The notes under the pieces were generated by a model. That model was not told where the DNA came from, made no database searches, and saw nothing but the letters and a program-made list of their open reading frames with translations. The position numbers and the translations under genes are program-made. A DNA stretch of 64,000 nucleotides from Mobula hypostoma (Eukaryota), in the NCBI RefSeq assembly GCF_963921235.1, contig NC_086108.1:57104001-57168000 (forward strand), read 5' to 3'. Shown here one piece after another: positions 1 to 14,077 of the stretch (positions are counted from its first letter, which is position 1; the number at the start of each line of letters is the position of its first letter).

Positions 1-895
1 TGATTTGGTTCAAGCTGTCATTGCTTTCAGCTTTGAAAACAATGAAAATAAGCTTCCAAATGTTATATTTTCATTGAAAACAAATTGAAGCAATATAAAA
101 ATAAATTCAAATTTAAAGACAAATCTGATACTCATCACCACCTACTCCCTGGCTACAGTGGGAGGAGTTTGTGACATCACTCTGCATATAACTGTATGGA
201 TTGTCAGCAACACACAATCTGTTAAAAGAAATCTGAGTTCGGTCAGCAGATTGTGTGTTGCTCCAGGTTCCAGTATCTGCGATCTTGTCTCCTGTGTATG
301 GAATTGCCAATCTACTTTTTAATTCTGAAGAATTACTTCAAATTATAGTCATTCCTATTGATGCAACACTTCTCTGGTGATAATCTCTTTTCCCAACCTC
401 CTGTTCTTCTCACTATTATTATGTCTGATTTGCCAGTTCTATATGGGTCTGCAGCTGCAAATTCAGTTCAGAAAGAAAGACACTCTGGGAGAGCCTTGTG
501 CCCCAAGACAGAACACATTCATTTCCACACAGAACATTTAAAAAATAAATATTTACTTCAAAAGTTTATTTTATGTATGAAAGTCAACATAGATACACAC
601 CCATAGTCATTTATCAAACATTCATCTATATTAATCCTATCTTTCAGCACATCCTTACACTGGCAATTCACGTGGTCATCCAAATACTTTTAAAGTACTG
701 ACAGATGGCCAGTCCCCACCTCTGCTTCTGCCTCAGGTGTTGTACTGTAGATTCCAACCACACCCTGGATAATAAAAAAAAATTTCTACACATTCCCTTT
801 AAACGTCCTGCCTCTTACCCTAAATGTAACCTCCCCACCCACTCCCTGCTTGTTTTGGATACCGGCGCTATGAGATGTTTTTAATCTACACCAAG

Positions 896-3012
896 CATAG
901 AAACATAGAAAATAGGTGCAGGAGTAGGCCATTTGGCCCTTCGAGCCTGCACCGCCATTTATTATTATCATGGCTGATCATCCAACTCAGAACCCCGCCC
1001 CCCCTCCATACCCCCTGACCCCCGTAGCCACAAGGGCCATATCTAACTCCCTCTTAAATATAGCCAATGAACTGGCCTCAACTGTTTCCTGTGGCAGAGA
1101 ATTCCACAGATTCACCACTCTCTGTGTGAAGAAGTTTTTCCTAATCTCGGTCCTAAAAGGCTTCCCCTCTATCCTCAAACTGTGGCCCCTCGTTTTGGAC
1201 TTCCCCAACATCGGGAACAATCTTCCTGCATCTAGCCTGTCCAATCCCTTTAGGATCTTATACGTTTCAATCAGATCTCCCCTCAATCTTCTAAATTCCA
1301 ACGAGTACAAGCCCAGTTCATCCAGTCTTTCTTCATATGAAAGTCCTGCCATCCCAGGAATCAATCTGGTGAACCTTCTTTGTACTCCCTCTATGGCAAG
1401 GATGTCTTTCCTCAGATTAGGGGACCAAAACTGCACACAATACTCCAGGTGTGGTCTCACCAAGGCCTTGTACAACTGCAGTAGTACCTCCCTGCTCCTG
1501 TACTCGAATCCTCTCACTATAAATGCCAGCATACCATTCGCCTTTTTCACCGCCTGCTGTACCTGCATGCCCACTTTCAATGACTGGTGTATAATGACAC
1601 CCAGGTCTCGTTGCACCTCCCCTTTTCCTAATCGGCCACCATTCAGATAATATCTGTTTTCCTATTTTTGCCACCAAAGTGGATAACTTCACATTTATCC
1701 ACATTAAATTGCATCTGCCATGAATTTGCCCACTCACCCAACCTATCCAAGTCACTCTGCATCCTCTTAGCATCCTCCTCACAGCTAACACTGCCACCCA
1801 GCTTCGTGTCATCCGCAAACTTGGAGATGCTGCATTTAATTCCCTCATCCAAGTCATTAATATATATTGTAAACAACTGGGGTCCCAGCACTGAGCCTTG
1901 CGGTACCCCACTAGTCACCGCCTGCCATTCTCAAAAGGTCCCGTTTATTCCCACTCTTTGCTTCCTGTCTGCTAACCAATTCTCCACCCACACCAATACC
2001 TTACCCCCAATACCGTGTGCTTTAAGTTTGCACACTAATCTCCTGTGTGGGACCTTGTCAAAAGCCTTTTGAAAATCCAAATATACCACACCCACTGGTT
2101 CTCCCCTATCCACTCTACTAGTTACATCCTCAAAAAATTCTATGAGATTCGTCAGACATGATTTTCCTTTCACAAATCCATGCTGACTTTGTCCGATCAG
2201 TTCACCGCTTTCCAAATGTGCTGTTATCACATCTTTGATAACTGACTCCAGCAGTTTCCCCACCACCGACGTTAGGCTAACCGGTCTATAATTCCCCGGT
2301 TTCTCTCTCCCTCCTTTTTTAAAAAGTGGAGTTACATTAGTCACCCTCCAATCCTCAGGAACTAGTCCAGAACCTAATGAGTTTTGAAAAATTATCACTA
2401 ATGCATCCACTATTTCTTGGGCTACTTCCTTAAGCACTCTAGGATGCAGACCATCTGGCCCTGGGGATTTATCTGCCTTCAATCCCTTCAATTTACCTAA
2501 CACCACTTCCCTACTAACATGTATTTCGCTCAGTTCCTCCATCTCACTGGACCCTCTGTCCCCTACTATTTCTGGAAGATTATTTATGTCCTCCTTAGTG
2601 AAGACAGAACCAAAGTAATTATTCAATTGGTCTGCCATGTCCTTGTTCCCCATAATCAATTCACCTGTTTCTGTCTGCAGGGGACCTACATTTGTCTTTA
2701 CCAGTCTTTTCATTTTTACATATCTATAAAAGCTTTTACAGTCCGTTTTTATGTTCTCTGCCAGTTTTCTCTCATAATCTTTTTTCCCCTTCCTAATTAA
2801 GCCCTTTGTCCTCCTCTGCTGAACTCTGAATTTCTCCCAGTCCTCAGGTGAGCCACTTTCTCTGGCTAATTTGTATGCTACTTCTTTGGAATTGATACTA
2901 TCCCTAATTTCCCTTGTCAGCCACGGGTGCACTACCTTCCTTGATTTATTCTTTTGCCAAACTGGGATGAACAATTGTTGTAGTTCATCCATGCAACCTT
3001 TAAATGCTTGCC
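896..3012 (-). mobile_element. CR1-clade LINE, 5'-truncated, ORF2 RT domain split by frameshifts
   Basis: ORFs 1931-2992, 1643-1918 and 987-1616 give [43 protein letters not shown] and RPHLEYCVQFW. The 3' tail is (TTCTATGT)n, seen as catagaaacatagaaa at about 896-911. Confidence 0.95.
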
Positions 3013-3019
3013 ATGAGCA

Positions 3020-3705
3020 TGCTCCTCATAACTTTGAAAATATAAAGCAGGTCTCCTCTCTACCTTCCCTGACAGACAAACTGAAGCCACCAATTAATTT
3101 TATCTATAGATTTAATAATTAAACATACAATATTTAAAATGCCTTTAAGAATGTCAAGGCAGTTCGCAAAAACAATACCAAAATAAATTAGACCATACAA
3201 AAGATGATATTATGGTAATAACCAAAACCATGATTAGGGATAGGAATGGTGGAGGAAAGGAGGAAATGAGGAAACAGAAAGGATTTGGAAAAGTCCACAG
3301 TTTAGAAATCAAGTATAAGAACAAAGTCAATAACTGACATGAGAGCAAGAAAGAGAAGCTTGATGTCAGTGATTTATTTGGAGTAGGACTGAGAGAGCTG
3401 GAGGTGGCTATCATGGAAAAATAAGCTCAGGAAGAACAAGAAAAGAATATAAGAGAAATTAGAGACAGTCTAAGAGTGTAGAGGAAGGCCATAAAGGAAA
3501 TTTGGCCCACTTGGTTTAGTAAGGGGGGGGGGAAACTGAGGCAGTTGATCAGTTGTCTCAGATTTAAAGAAAAAGTACCAATGGTGGGGAAAATAAACAA
3601 AACACCAGACAAACTTCAGAAGACAGGTTTGAGGTACAGAATGCAAGCTGGAGGTTGTCTTTGCATTCCAGGATGATTCTACAAAAGTGAGTAGTTTTGG
3701 CACAC
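3020..3705 (+). mobile_element. Highly degenerate L1-like ORF2 C-terminal fragment (tentative)
   Basis: A-rich sense strand. The end resembles the L1 C-terminal Cys/His region (...TKVSSFWH). No intact ORF. Confidence 0.3.
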
Positions 3706-3859
3706 TTGATTATAATTGATATAACCAGATACTTTCAGTTTTGGGTAACTGTTCTACAGAACACCTGTGTTCCATCCACAGGGACAATCAGGTTTCCTGC
3801 TGAAAACTATTTAATATTCCATCACACTAAGACTCTAATATGTCTGTGTGAAATTTTTC

Positions 3860-5460
3860 CCCTCAGGTCCCCTTTAAACTTTTCCCCTCTTTACCTTCCA
3901 GCTATGCCCTCCAGTTGCAAACTCCCATACACAGGGAAAACAGTTGTGATTATTCACCTTATCTATGCCCTCTCATGATTTTATATACTCTGTATTGCTA
4001 CCCCTCAGCCTCCCAAGCTCCAGAGGAAAAATATCCCAGCCAATCCAATCTCCCCTTATAACTCAGGCCCGCCAGTCCTGACAACATCCTTTGAATCTTT
4101 TCTGTGTCCTGTCCAGCTTAAATTACATATACTTATTTAGAGATCAGGCTTTTCCAGCCCAATAAACTGCACTGTCCAGCAACCTACCTATTTAACACTA
4201 AATCACAGGACAATTTGCAAGACCAATTAACCTACTAACCAATACATCCTAGGACTGGAGGAGGAAACCAGAGCACTGAGAAAAAACACGTAGTCACAGG
4301 GTGAACGTACAAATTTGGCACCAAAATTGATCTCCGAATGCCCCAAGCTAACCGCTACGCTACTGTGGCACCCCTAGCTAGAAAACCAGAATTGTACACA
4401 ATACTCCAAGTGCATTCTCACTTGAACAACTGTAACGTGATGTTCAAACTCTCGTACTCAATGCCATGACCACTGAAAGTAAGCATGCCAAATGCCTTCT
4501 TCACCATCCTATCTACCAGTATCAGCACTTTCAGGAAACTATGTATCTGTACCTCTAGGTCTCTCTCTTCCACAACATTTTCCAGGGGCCTGCCACTTAA
4601 TGGTGCAAACTTAACTTTGCAAATGTAACTCTATACTTACCAAAGTTAAATTCCCTTTTGTTGGCCCATTTTCTTAATTGATCTGGATCTTAAATAATCT
4701 TCTTGACTGTACACACTACCAATTGTGGTGTAACCAATAAACCTTCGAACCTTACCACACTGTCACCCATGTTAAGGATTTGGATGATAAATAACATGGA
4801 CAAAGCATCAATCCCTGCACATACCACAGCTCTCTGATCTGTAAACAACCCTCCACTAATGTCCTCTGACTCCTAATACCAAGACAATCTTGTATCCAGT
4901 TCACTATCTCACTCCAAATCCTATGTGACTAGCCTATCAGCAAGACCTTCAGAAAAATTATGGTAAAGTTCATGTAAACAATATATATTGCCCTAATCAA
5001 TCTTTGTGCTCAAATTCATAAGATATGATTTTCAATGACCAAGCCAGATTATCCTTAATCAGTCCTCGTCTTTACAAATGCAGATCCTGTCTCTCAGAAT
5101 CACGTCTGATGTAAGGCTTATCAGCCTGTTGCTCCTTGGCCTGTCCTTGCAGCAATTCTTAAGTAGAAATACAACATCAACCACTTTGCAATCTCCTGCT
5201 ACCTCACCCACAGATGACGACGATAAAAAATATCAGTGTCAGGGCCCAGTACTTCCTCCTTTGTAATGTGAATATGTTTCAGGACATCACTATTCTCTTC
5301 CTGAAATCCCTAGCATCCATGACCTTGACCATAGTAAATACAGACAAGAAATATTTATTTAATATCATTCCCGTGATTCCACACAGACGACCACAATGAT
5401 CTTTATTTAAGGAGCCATATTCTCTCCCTAGTTCCCTTTCTGCTCTTATAAACTTACAGA
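3860..5460 (-). mobile_element. Old degenerate CR1 LINE interrupted by a SINE
   Basis: Decayed matches to the same CR1 3' region as 896-3012 (e.g. gtacacaatactccaagtg, gcatgccaaatgccttcttcacc). Confidence 0.75.
4135..4375 (-). mobile_element. V-SINE (HE1-like tRNA-derived SINE)
   Basis: Minus strand has an A-box-like head (gtagcgtagcggttagc), a V-domain-like stretch (gtgctctggtttcctcctccagtcc) and a CR1-like tail. Confidence 0.75.
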
Positions 5461-7689
5461 AACAGACTCTCACACAAAATGAAGAAACTCAGCAAGTCAT
5501 GTAGCATCTATGGAAGGAAGGGTCTCAGTTCAAAATATCAACTGCTTCCAGACTTCCAGCACCTACAGTCGTCCTACTTCACCCGTGAAAGCCACCTCAT
5601 TGATTTCATTTGAAGTGTACTCCTACAATCTCTGACACTAAAGGGATTCACGCTCCCAGCTGTCTATACCTGACATATGCCTCCTTTTTCCTGACCAAGC
5701 TTTGTCCTTCACTTTTACAGAAACATGCTAGCCTTGATGTCTCCAAATCTTACTTTTAAAGCCTCCCACTTCTCAGATGTCTCTTTACTTGCAACAGCAT
5801 CTTGCAATGAAACTTTCAAAATTCCTGTCTAATTGCATCAAAATGAACCTTTCCCCAATTTAGGACTTTAATTAGTGGACAATTTTTTTTTCCATAACTG
5901 TTTTAAAATGAAATTATTGAATCCGTTTTTCAATCCATCACTCACCCCCTGTAGCTTAGCAAGCTGATATCTGTGTCTACTCAAGTGTGTGTAACTGTTT
6001 GAAAGCTGGAAGGAGAGCTAATATAATAGAGTAATACTCCAATCTAGGGGTATCAAAAGCAGGACAAGGTTCCAACACAACAAAATAAAAAAATGTTGAA
6101 AATATAATGTAGGTTTTAACATGTGTCATTAAAAAGCTATTCTCCCAGAAGCCTAAAAAAATTTGACAGCTACCTCGTGTTCTTAAGGGGTCTCTGGTGC
6201 GTGGTGGAAGGTATTATTTAGCATAGTTTCTCATCTCAGAATCCAAATATAAATTGAACAAAAGACACCCAGCCCACTTAAAAAAAAGGCTGCAAAGGCA
6301 AACTGTTACAAGAACATGGATCAAGATACCACTTGGATTTAATTTTGAACAACTAAATTAAAAAGCCCCTTTTATATAACAAAGAAGTTCATTCTGGTAT
6401 TTTTTAAAATATTGCTTCAGGTGATTTATAGCAGCACTTGGCAGGGCAACCCTTTCCCTGCCCCCCCCCCCCACCCAACCAACATTCAAAATGCTAAGAC
6501 TTCAGGGAAATAACTATAACTATGGTACCCATGAGTAAATTTTTGTGTTAAGAAGGGGAGATAGAGAGAATGGACAAAGGCTTGGAGTGGCACTGAAGTG
6601 CTGCGAACCAGAAGTATTCTAGTCAATAGTTTGATCAGATCAACACTTAATTAACACCTACAACATAAACCCTGTTTTGTGACTGCTGTTTTCAATGACA
6701 ATGGTTCAAACCTAGAAAATGTCTACAAATTCAGAATCTTGCTTCAAATCTTAATCTACTGAAGGCTGCGCTAATTAAATTAAGTTTCTTAAGGAAAAAC
6801 TTGCTCATTTGGGCAAAGGAATGATGATCCAATTAGCAAAGCCAGAAGCCTGCATTGTTGTAATTGCACTAAAAATCTGAAAACACTCATCCTGAAATTA
6901 TGCAGGCCAACACAAGCCTATCATGTACAACTGAAGCAAACATCACTTAAAGCTCCCTAGAATTCCCCTAAATCTTTGACCATTTAACATAACTAAAAAA
7001 TAATCAATAAGGGAGTGGCACTGGAGACACAAGTGTGAAATGGAAATAAAATATTATGAATGTGAAGGATTCTACGACTATTTCAGATAGCAGTCATCTC
7101 TAGCACTTTAAGAAGTGCAGTTTTTTTTTCTTACAGTTTATAAATGACATTTGCAGAGTCAAGCTGAAAGTTCTGAGAGGATTCACACGGAAGCATGGAT
7201 TCCCTCGGGAATGTATGGATTTTGTGTGTGTTGCATGGATTGAATCCCTGTTGCTTGGAAAAGTAAAGACTGGAAACTAGGACTACACTTGCAACACCCA
7301 ATTCCTATGCCTTTTGTTTTTTCAAACTAATTTATTAATTTCAATAAATAATTAAACATCTGTCATGATTCACGATACATTACTCATTACCTCAACACAT
7401 CACAACTCACACCACAGTAATATTCTTTGCATTTCAGGTGATATTAATAGATAAAAATATCAATGTGAGATTTTTTATTTCTGCTCTTTCCCTTTATTCT
7501 GTTTAATCATGTATCACTAGCATCAATGACATGTATTTTAATAATTTTACCACTTAGTATTCCCATAATGATTATGAAAACCTAGTCATCAAAACACATT
7601 TTTTAAAAATCAGTAAGCAGCCCTTGCTAAACTATAACATTTACAAATTAGCCAAATTCATTTTTACATTAAAGCACCAAATCTAATTT

Positions 7690-8360
7690 CAAATTCTGTA
7701 TTGAAAGTTTTGGAAATCTATTTTCTCTACAATTTCTAAAGTTTTAAAAATTAATTTACAACCTAATAAGTTGACAGTTTTGTTCGGTATAATCCCTCAA
7801 TATATTCATGGTATTTCTATATCAGACCAACATGTAATTGCATTTGTCACATTATTGGCCAGAAGGGTTATTTTATTGAAATGGAAAGATGCCTCTACTC
7901 CCACTTTGATACAATGGTTCTCTTAGGTGATGCTATGTCTTAGTTTGGAGAAAATCAGAAGTCAAACTTTTGATCCTCCATTTGACTTTGAGAAAAGGTG
8001 GGGTTCTTTTGCCCGCTACTATCATCTGATTTGAGTTAATTGAGATGGTTTCCTTCTGATTCTTGTTTAAATGGATTTGAGTTGGCAGATTGATGTTTTT
8101 CTTTTCTGGAAGCTTGTATGGCGTATAGCTCCGGGGTTGTGCTCCCAATGGTTTTTTTTGTTAGCAGGGCTTTTTTTGTTTTAGTTAGTAGGGGTTCTTT
8201 TTCCCTTCTTTATTTTTTCTTATTATTGATATATTGTTTAGCTTTGTTAATCAGTTATTTGGTAATTTAATTCCTCATTGTACATATTGACATGTTGACT
8301 TGATTACCTTAATGTTTTTGTTGATGTTCAATAATAATTAATAAAAAGGATTTAAAAATG
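7690..8360 (+). mobile_element. L1-clade LINE 3' end
   Basis: Translates as IAFVTLLARRVILLKWKDASTPTLIQWFS*VMLCLSLEKIR...RW, a typical fish/shark L1 ORF2 C-terminus. Followed by a T-rich 3' UTR, AATAAA at about 8340 and an A-rich end. Confidence 0.75.
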
Positions 8361-8929
8361 AAATCTAATTTTAAAAATATATGCATCTACAGTTAAATTT
8401 GCAAGTTGCTGTATAGGATTTATAATCAAGGTAACAGTTCATTCCTGCATTTAATAAACAATCATAAATTCAAACAGCATTTTAACAGAACATCCTATTT
8501 AAAATAATCACCTCAGAAGACAATTAGATATCGATTTACAGTCTATAGTTAAATCCGTTTTCAGCCTAACAGATCTGCAAAGCAAAAACAGAATTATGCT
8601 CCCCTAATTAATCCGCAGCAAACCAGATCATATGTATTTAGTATGCAGCAGATACGAAAGCTAAGTTTATTGTAAGAAAGGAAACGAGCAATATTAATGG
8701 GAAGTGCCCCTGAATGGATTGAATGCAAAGTACCTCCAGTAACCACACGGCAAAAATCGAAGTGAAATTTTACATTCAAAATATGTAACCACGCACAGAA
8801 TTAGACCATTAGAAGTTATCTTAACCCATTCTTATTTTAAGTGAAACCAAAAGTCAACTTAAATAAAAGGACGAAGTTATTTAGGAAGTTAGCCGTGAAA
8901 CGAAGTCTAATGTTCCACCCCCAGCTTTT

Positions 8930-9540
8930 GCTCTGACTCCCGGGGAGACGCGTTGCCTGAGGTTAGCGATCCAAGGGCTGCAACACAACCCAATATTTGT
9001 CTGTCCTGGTTCTTCTAGAATCGTTTTCGGGGCCGCAGGAAAGTACAAACCTACCTCTACAGGATTGTTTTTGTGAGAACTTGGCCGCTTCCGACTCTCG
9101 TCGCGCTATGTCTGTCTTCACTTTCAATCTATTTCACAACAACATACCACTTCGCATCCACTGCTCAGCACCGCCACTGACCCCTCACCTCGTTACCAGC
9201 CTCGTTCCCAACGCAACGCCTCCCCACCCCCTGGCCCGACTGCTGGGGTTGCCGGGATAGCTGGCAATTCCTCCGGAGGACTCCTGGGACTGAAATGATG
9301 AAGGGAGGGGTGGAATCTTGGTGTCGCGAGCGCCCCCTCCGCTTTTTGCTTCTTTTGGGCCAGGCAAAACAGCGATGCAGAAATAAATCTGATAATAAAA
9401 CATAAAAAGAATAGGACAGCTGCCTGAAGCTGCTTTTTTTTTGCTAAGATATTGTTCAACACATCATTTTAGTCCGAAAATCTGACAATGAGTGTTCAGC
9501 AGGTTGTTCCACTGTGGGAAAACGATCACAGGTAAGCCAG
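8930..9540. promoter_or_regulatory. CpG-rich promoter-like region with a probable non-coding first exon on the - strand (about 9295 to 9189) and a + strand donor at 9531/9532
   Basis: Local CpG and GC enrichment in AT-rich surroundings. Minus-strand donor GAG|GTGAGG at 9189/9188. Plus-strand donor CAG|GTAAGC at 9531/9532. Confidence 0.55.
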
Positions 9541-11614
9541 ACCCTCTTTCAGCTTTCCAATTTGTTGAATGAAACTGTAGGTGTAAGATCCCCACTGAAT
9601 CCTGGCAATTTTGGACCCCTGACCACCCAAAATGAAGAAAACATATATGGAATTCCTTTGAGAGTCTCGAATCCATTCTTCATAAGCATGAGGAGCAAGA
9701 AGTTCATGTTGTCTAACATCTGCCCTGACTGGCAAACACTGTGGGTCCTATACTGCCCTTCTTAGCCGGTTCAGGCCCCACAGAATATTGTCTGATTGGA
9801 AGAACCAAGGAAATCTAAGGTTAACTGTATTCTTCCTGTTGTTATTCCTTTGGCTAGGACTTTTAAATTCAGGACTGCTGACCATACTACTCGAACTCTT
9901 CGCTCGAATGCCAACTTAACTCACAAGAAATAATTATTCCACTAAGATCTTCTCTATATGGCAATCAGTTACAAATGTGTCCCCATAACACTTTGCTTAA
10001 TACAAAACAATGGAGAAGTTTTTTTTAAAAATCTGCTTTAATGTACACAATATTGAATGTCTATTCACAACTTCTCATGTAAGGAATCCACATGCAATAT
10101 GACCATTCAATGATAGACTGAGGATGCAAGACACATCTAAACCACACGAATACCAGGCAACAATTGTCTCCAGCAAAAGAGAGTCTCTCAGTAATTTAAA
10201 TTGCATTATCATTACGGAATCCCAAGTCTAGTGGTTGGGAGGGAAAGAGAGGAATAATGACATTTAAGATTACTGGAGGACCCTATTTCCTTCAAATCAC
10301 AACAGCAATCTTAAATGTCATACTCACTTAACTATACCACAATTTTTTCCAGTGTAAAAAGTGTTATTAGTCTCCCTGATGCTGTTTATTAAAATGCAGT
10401 GAAATTTGTAAAATTCATTTCTATCATTTCCAAATAGCTTGTGCAAGTTCCCTCATGTAACATTTGTCTGAAGAACAACAGGCATTAGGCATTGAATTTT
10501 CTACGTAAGTAGCAACTTTTCTCTGACCCAAAGTGCCCTTAAAGGGTCACTTCATAATATAACCAGAAGTCTTTCAGATGCTTTAATTGTTGCATTGAGA
10601 AATGGAAGGTTCTGCATTTTGTCAGTTAGGCTTTACTTTTTTGAATTCTGCAAGCACCAATGAGCAGCAAAATGTCATGAATTACATATATATATCAGCA
10701 GGGACAGCCTGCAAAGATCCATAGGTCTGAAGGAAAGTAAGAAAATACTGGAAAGGCCTAGCAGGTCAGGCAACATTTGTGTTGATCTGAAACATTAACT
10801 GTTTCCATTTCCACAGATATTGCTTGACTTGCTGTGTGTTTTGACTATGTGTTCTGTTTTTGTTTAAGATTTTCATCTTCTGCAATTATTGTTGCTACAG
10901 GAAGTGTTGATGAGAAGATGATGGTGAAGCCTGGGTGAAGGTTTCTATGCCAGCTCTTTTATCAAATATCCTCATTTTTAAAAACATTTTTCCTCCAGAG
11001 AATGTAAAAGCACTTCTCTTTTGAAGAATTTCTTCTTGTATTTCTCTTGACACCATCTGGTGGTGTTGTAACCCTCATCCCATTGTAGATCAGTTCATTT
11101 GAGATTTAGGAGAAAATGTTATGACAGAAATATGTCTCACCATTCAAATAATGGACACTTAGTGCTTCTGTAAACTCGGATTGAACAGCAGCAGTAGCTG
11201 TTAAGCTCAACATGGGGCAACATCTTAGTTGTAATGAATTCTGGCCGTTATGTACTCTTGATATCAATTGGATAAGCCAGACACTATAAGAACCATGCCA
11301 AGGTGTATAAAAAACATTACAGGAAAAAATTAAGTATGCTTTTGTGATTGGCAAAATTTATTAACGTTATGTTTGCATAATACATAATACTTTTCCTGAT
11401 GAATATTCATAGATAAATTTCTAGGCCTCTTATAATAGAAGACAAAACTGGGTGATGTAATTTTTATGAACGAGGATGAAGCTGAGTAACAAGTTAAAAT
11501 AGTTTGTGTAAATCCTAATGTTTTGCGACCTCCGGAGCCTTATTGTTTTAAGAGAAAAAGAGAACAATAAATTGTGCAACCTGATTGGAGAGGTAAAAAT
11601 CTTAGTTTTGGGTT

Positions 11615-12145
11615 TACACCTAGGGGTCTACTTCCTGTACCTAACGAAGTATGTTTGTGGTCTTCTGCTGCCGTCATGCATCCACTTCAAGGTTCAATAT
11701 GTTGTGAATTCAGAGATGCTCTTCTGCACACCATGGTTGTAATGTGCGATTATTTGAATTACTGTCGCCTTCCTGTCAGCTTGAACAAGCTTGGCCATTC
11801 TCCTCTGACCTCTCTCATAACAAGAAGTTTCCACCCACAGAACCGCTGCTCACTAGATGTTCTTCGCATCATCCTCTGTAAACCTTAGAGACCGTTGTTC
11901 GTGAAAACCCTAGGAAATTGGTCAGCAGTTTCTGAGATACTCTAACCACCCCACCTGGCACCAACAATCATTCCACAGTCAAAGTGACTTAGATTACATT
12001 TCTTCCCCATTCTGATGTTTGGTCTAAACAGCACCCTACTGAGCCTCTTGGCCATGCATTGAGTTGCTGGCACTCAATAGGGTGATTAGATGTTTGGATT
12101 AATGAGCAGATGTACAGGTGTACCTAATAAAGTGGTCACTCACTG
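11615..12145 (-). mobile_element. Internally deleted Tc1-family DNA transposon
   Basis: Terminal sequence gtacctaataaagtggtcactcactg at about 12120-12145. The minus strand from the ATG at 12010 reads MGKKCNLSHFDCGMIVGARWGG*, the N-terminal HTH of a Tc1 transposase. No DDE region. Confidence 0.8.
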
Positions 12146-12889
12146 TGGATGTATATATCACTTTATCTATTAGTAATTTCCTCTTCCCTGTGTGGAAACT
12201 CTTGGCCTTGCTTCCCTCTGTCCTAAACTATGACAAAACAAAAAACTAGTGCACATGCTTCATTTGGGTATTAATAGAATCTATTAACTACAGACCACAT
12301 TATATTTTTAGTCCAAACATCGATAAAGAGTTGAATTCAGAAGTGAGAGATTACTCGGATAGCAAGGTGAATATGTCTAAGAATGACAACAAGACTACGG
12401 AATGAGATCAAAATTATTAAGAATTAAGTGGAAAATTCTCCTCAGGGTGCAGGCAAAGGAAGCACATTTTAGTTCCAAGACAGCACTAAGTTTTCTTCAA
12501 AAGAGAGTCAAGGACAATTACAGTATATCCATGTGGTGATGATCCTCACCACCACCCCCAAACTCCTCTGCGCATCATAATGTCAGGTGCAGTGATGTTT
12601 ATTAATTGCACAATATTCAATACCTATTCATAGCTTCTCCGATAATGAGCCAGTCTGTGCTCCAAAGAACTAAGGCTGTCATTCAGTCATGAGTGAAGCA
12701 GACAAGTAGTATTCAAGCCACACCAGGAAATTAAAGGGAATCTTTCAATACCCTTGATTTTCATTACAGTATCATCGCAGAATCCCCACATTAACATCTT
12801 GGAGATCGCCCTCGATCTGAAAGTTCAGAGCTGGCCACAGTGAACAGTGTTCCAATTGTAGCCATTCAGATGCTGGATATTCCGTAGGG

Positions 12890-13400
12890 AGCAGTTCAAC
12901 TCGTGTCTCAACAACCCTCACTCCCTCCACCTACCTAATCTGGTTACAGGTGCCATTCACCTCTCCCCTAATGGTTCCCATTCTCACATCCCTTACCTAT
13001 CAGAATCCAGCTTTCGTAATGCTTTGTGTTTCTGCTTACCTCCCTCTAGCAGCTGTCTCCCATCCCTTCCCCACTTTCCTGCAACTGCTCCCGCCTCCCT
13101 TTTCCTCTCTGTCTGCTTCCATCTATCAGTCACCTGCCACTGTCTCCAAATCCACTGCTGCTTACCTTCCCTGTCTGGCACGAACTGCCTGTCATTTTAT
13201 GCCTCTCCTTAGTTTACCAAGTACATTGGAAGCCTTTCTTACTGCTCCCCTTCTGTTCTCTATTCTGGCTATCTTGCTTCTCAATTCTCAGTCTTGATGC
13301 AGGGTTCCAGCAATCCCTTTCCTCCCACAGGCGATGCTCCACCTACTGAGTTCTTCTGACAGGTTGTTTGTTGACATCTGCAGTGTCCTGTGTCTCTGAT
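12890..13400 (+). mobile_element. Old Penelope-like element 3' UTR remnant
   Basis: Pyrimidine-rich tract, then a decayed hammerhead-like start (cagtcttgatgcagggt at about 13289) and the family tail (gatgctccacctactgagttcttc...catctgcag). Confidence 0.55.
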
Positions 13401-14077
13401 TTCCCTCTAGCTGCATGGAGTACCTTCACTAGTTGGATTATATAGTGGTTTAAGGCAACTCAGGACAGCCTTCTCAAACATATTGAAGGACAGGCAATAG
13501 ATGTGTGCCTTTGGTACTCACAACCCCATTCCGCAAGATCAATTTTTCTAGAAGTCTGACTTAACTCAGCACAAGTCAAAGATAAAACTGGGATTTTCCT
13601 GTTTTGGTGGTATATAATTACCATCTGAGTCATACGGGAAGATTGTCTATTGCTGAAGCTCTACAAAAAGAGTGATTTATAAATTAAACATTTTAGTGTC
13701 TAAGATTCATTTACAAATATGTAAAATGAATGTACTATTTATAAAAAGTATAAAGCTTCCAATCCATCAATTTATTAGTTTGCATTTAAATAACATTATA
13801 CAAAATTTATTAATACATTTTTGGTATTTACTGACATCACTGGAGCCAAGTACATGTTCAGCTAAATTATTCTACGAAACATGAACTCTGTTGAAACCCC
13901 TCTAAATTAATGGGACATGAAATGAAGCTGGAATATTTCAGAGATCTCTTCTGCAACATCTATCTTCTGTATCCACTGAGTCTTTGAAAGACTGTTATTT
14001 CTCAGAGTAATAACTGCTCTTTAATTTACTGTGGTAATTTCTCCCTTGGTACAATATTGGGGAGCTACAGTTAATTT

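Noticed and set aside
113..324. Terminal coding exon on the - strand (65-aa ORF with an upstream ttcttcag)
   Set aside because: The ORF runs through a Penelope-derived hairpin and resembles no protein I recognise.
970..2800. Plus-strand ORFs (226, 134 and 93 aa)
   Set aside because: Antisense shadows of CR1 ORF2. The same applies to ORFs opposite the other LINEs and the Tc1.
9488..9531. First coding exon (MSVQQVVPLWENDH)
   Set aside because: No recognisable protein. Joining to the nearest good acceptor (10900/10901) gives a stop within 3 codons.
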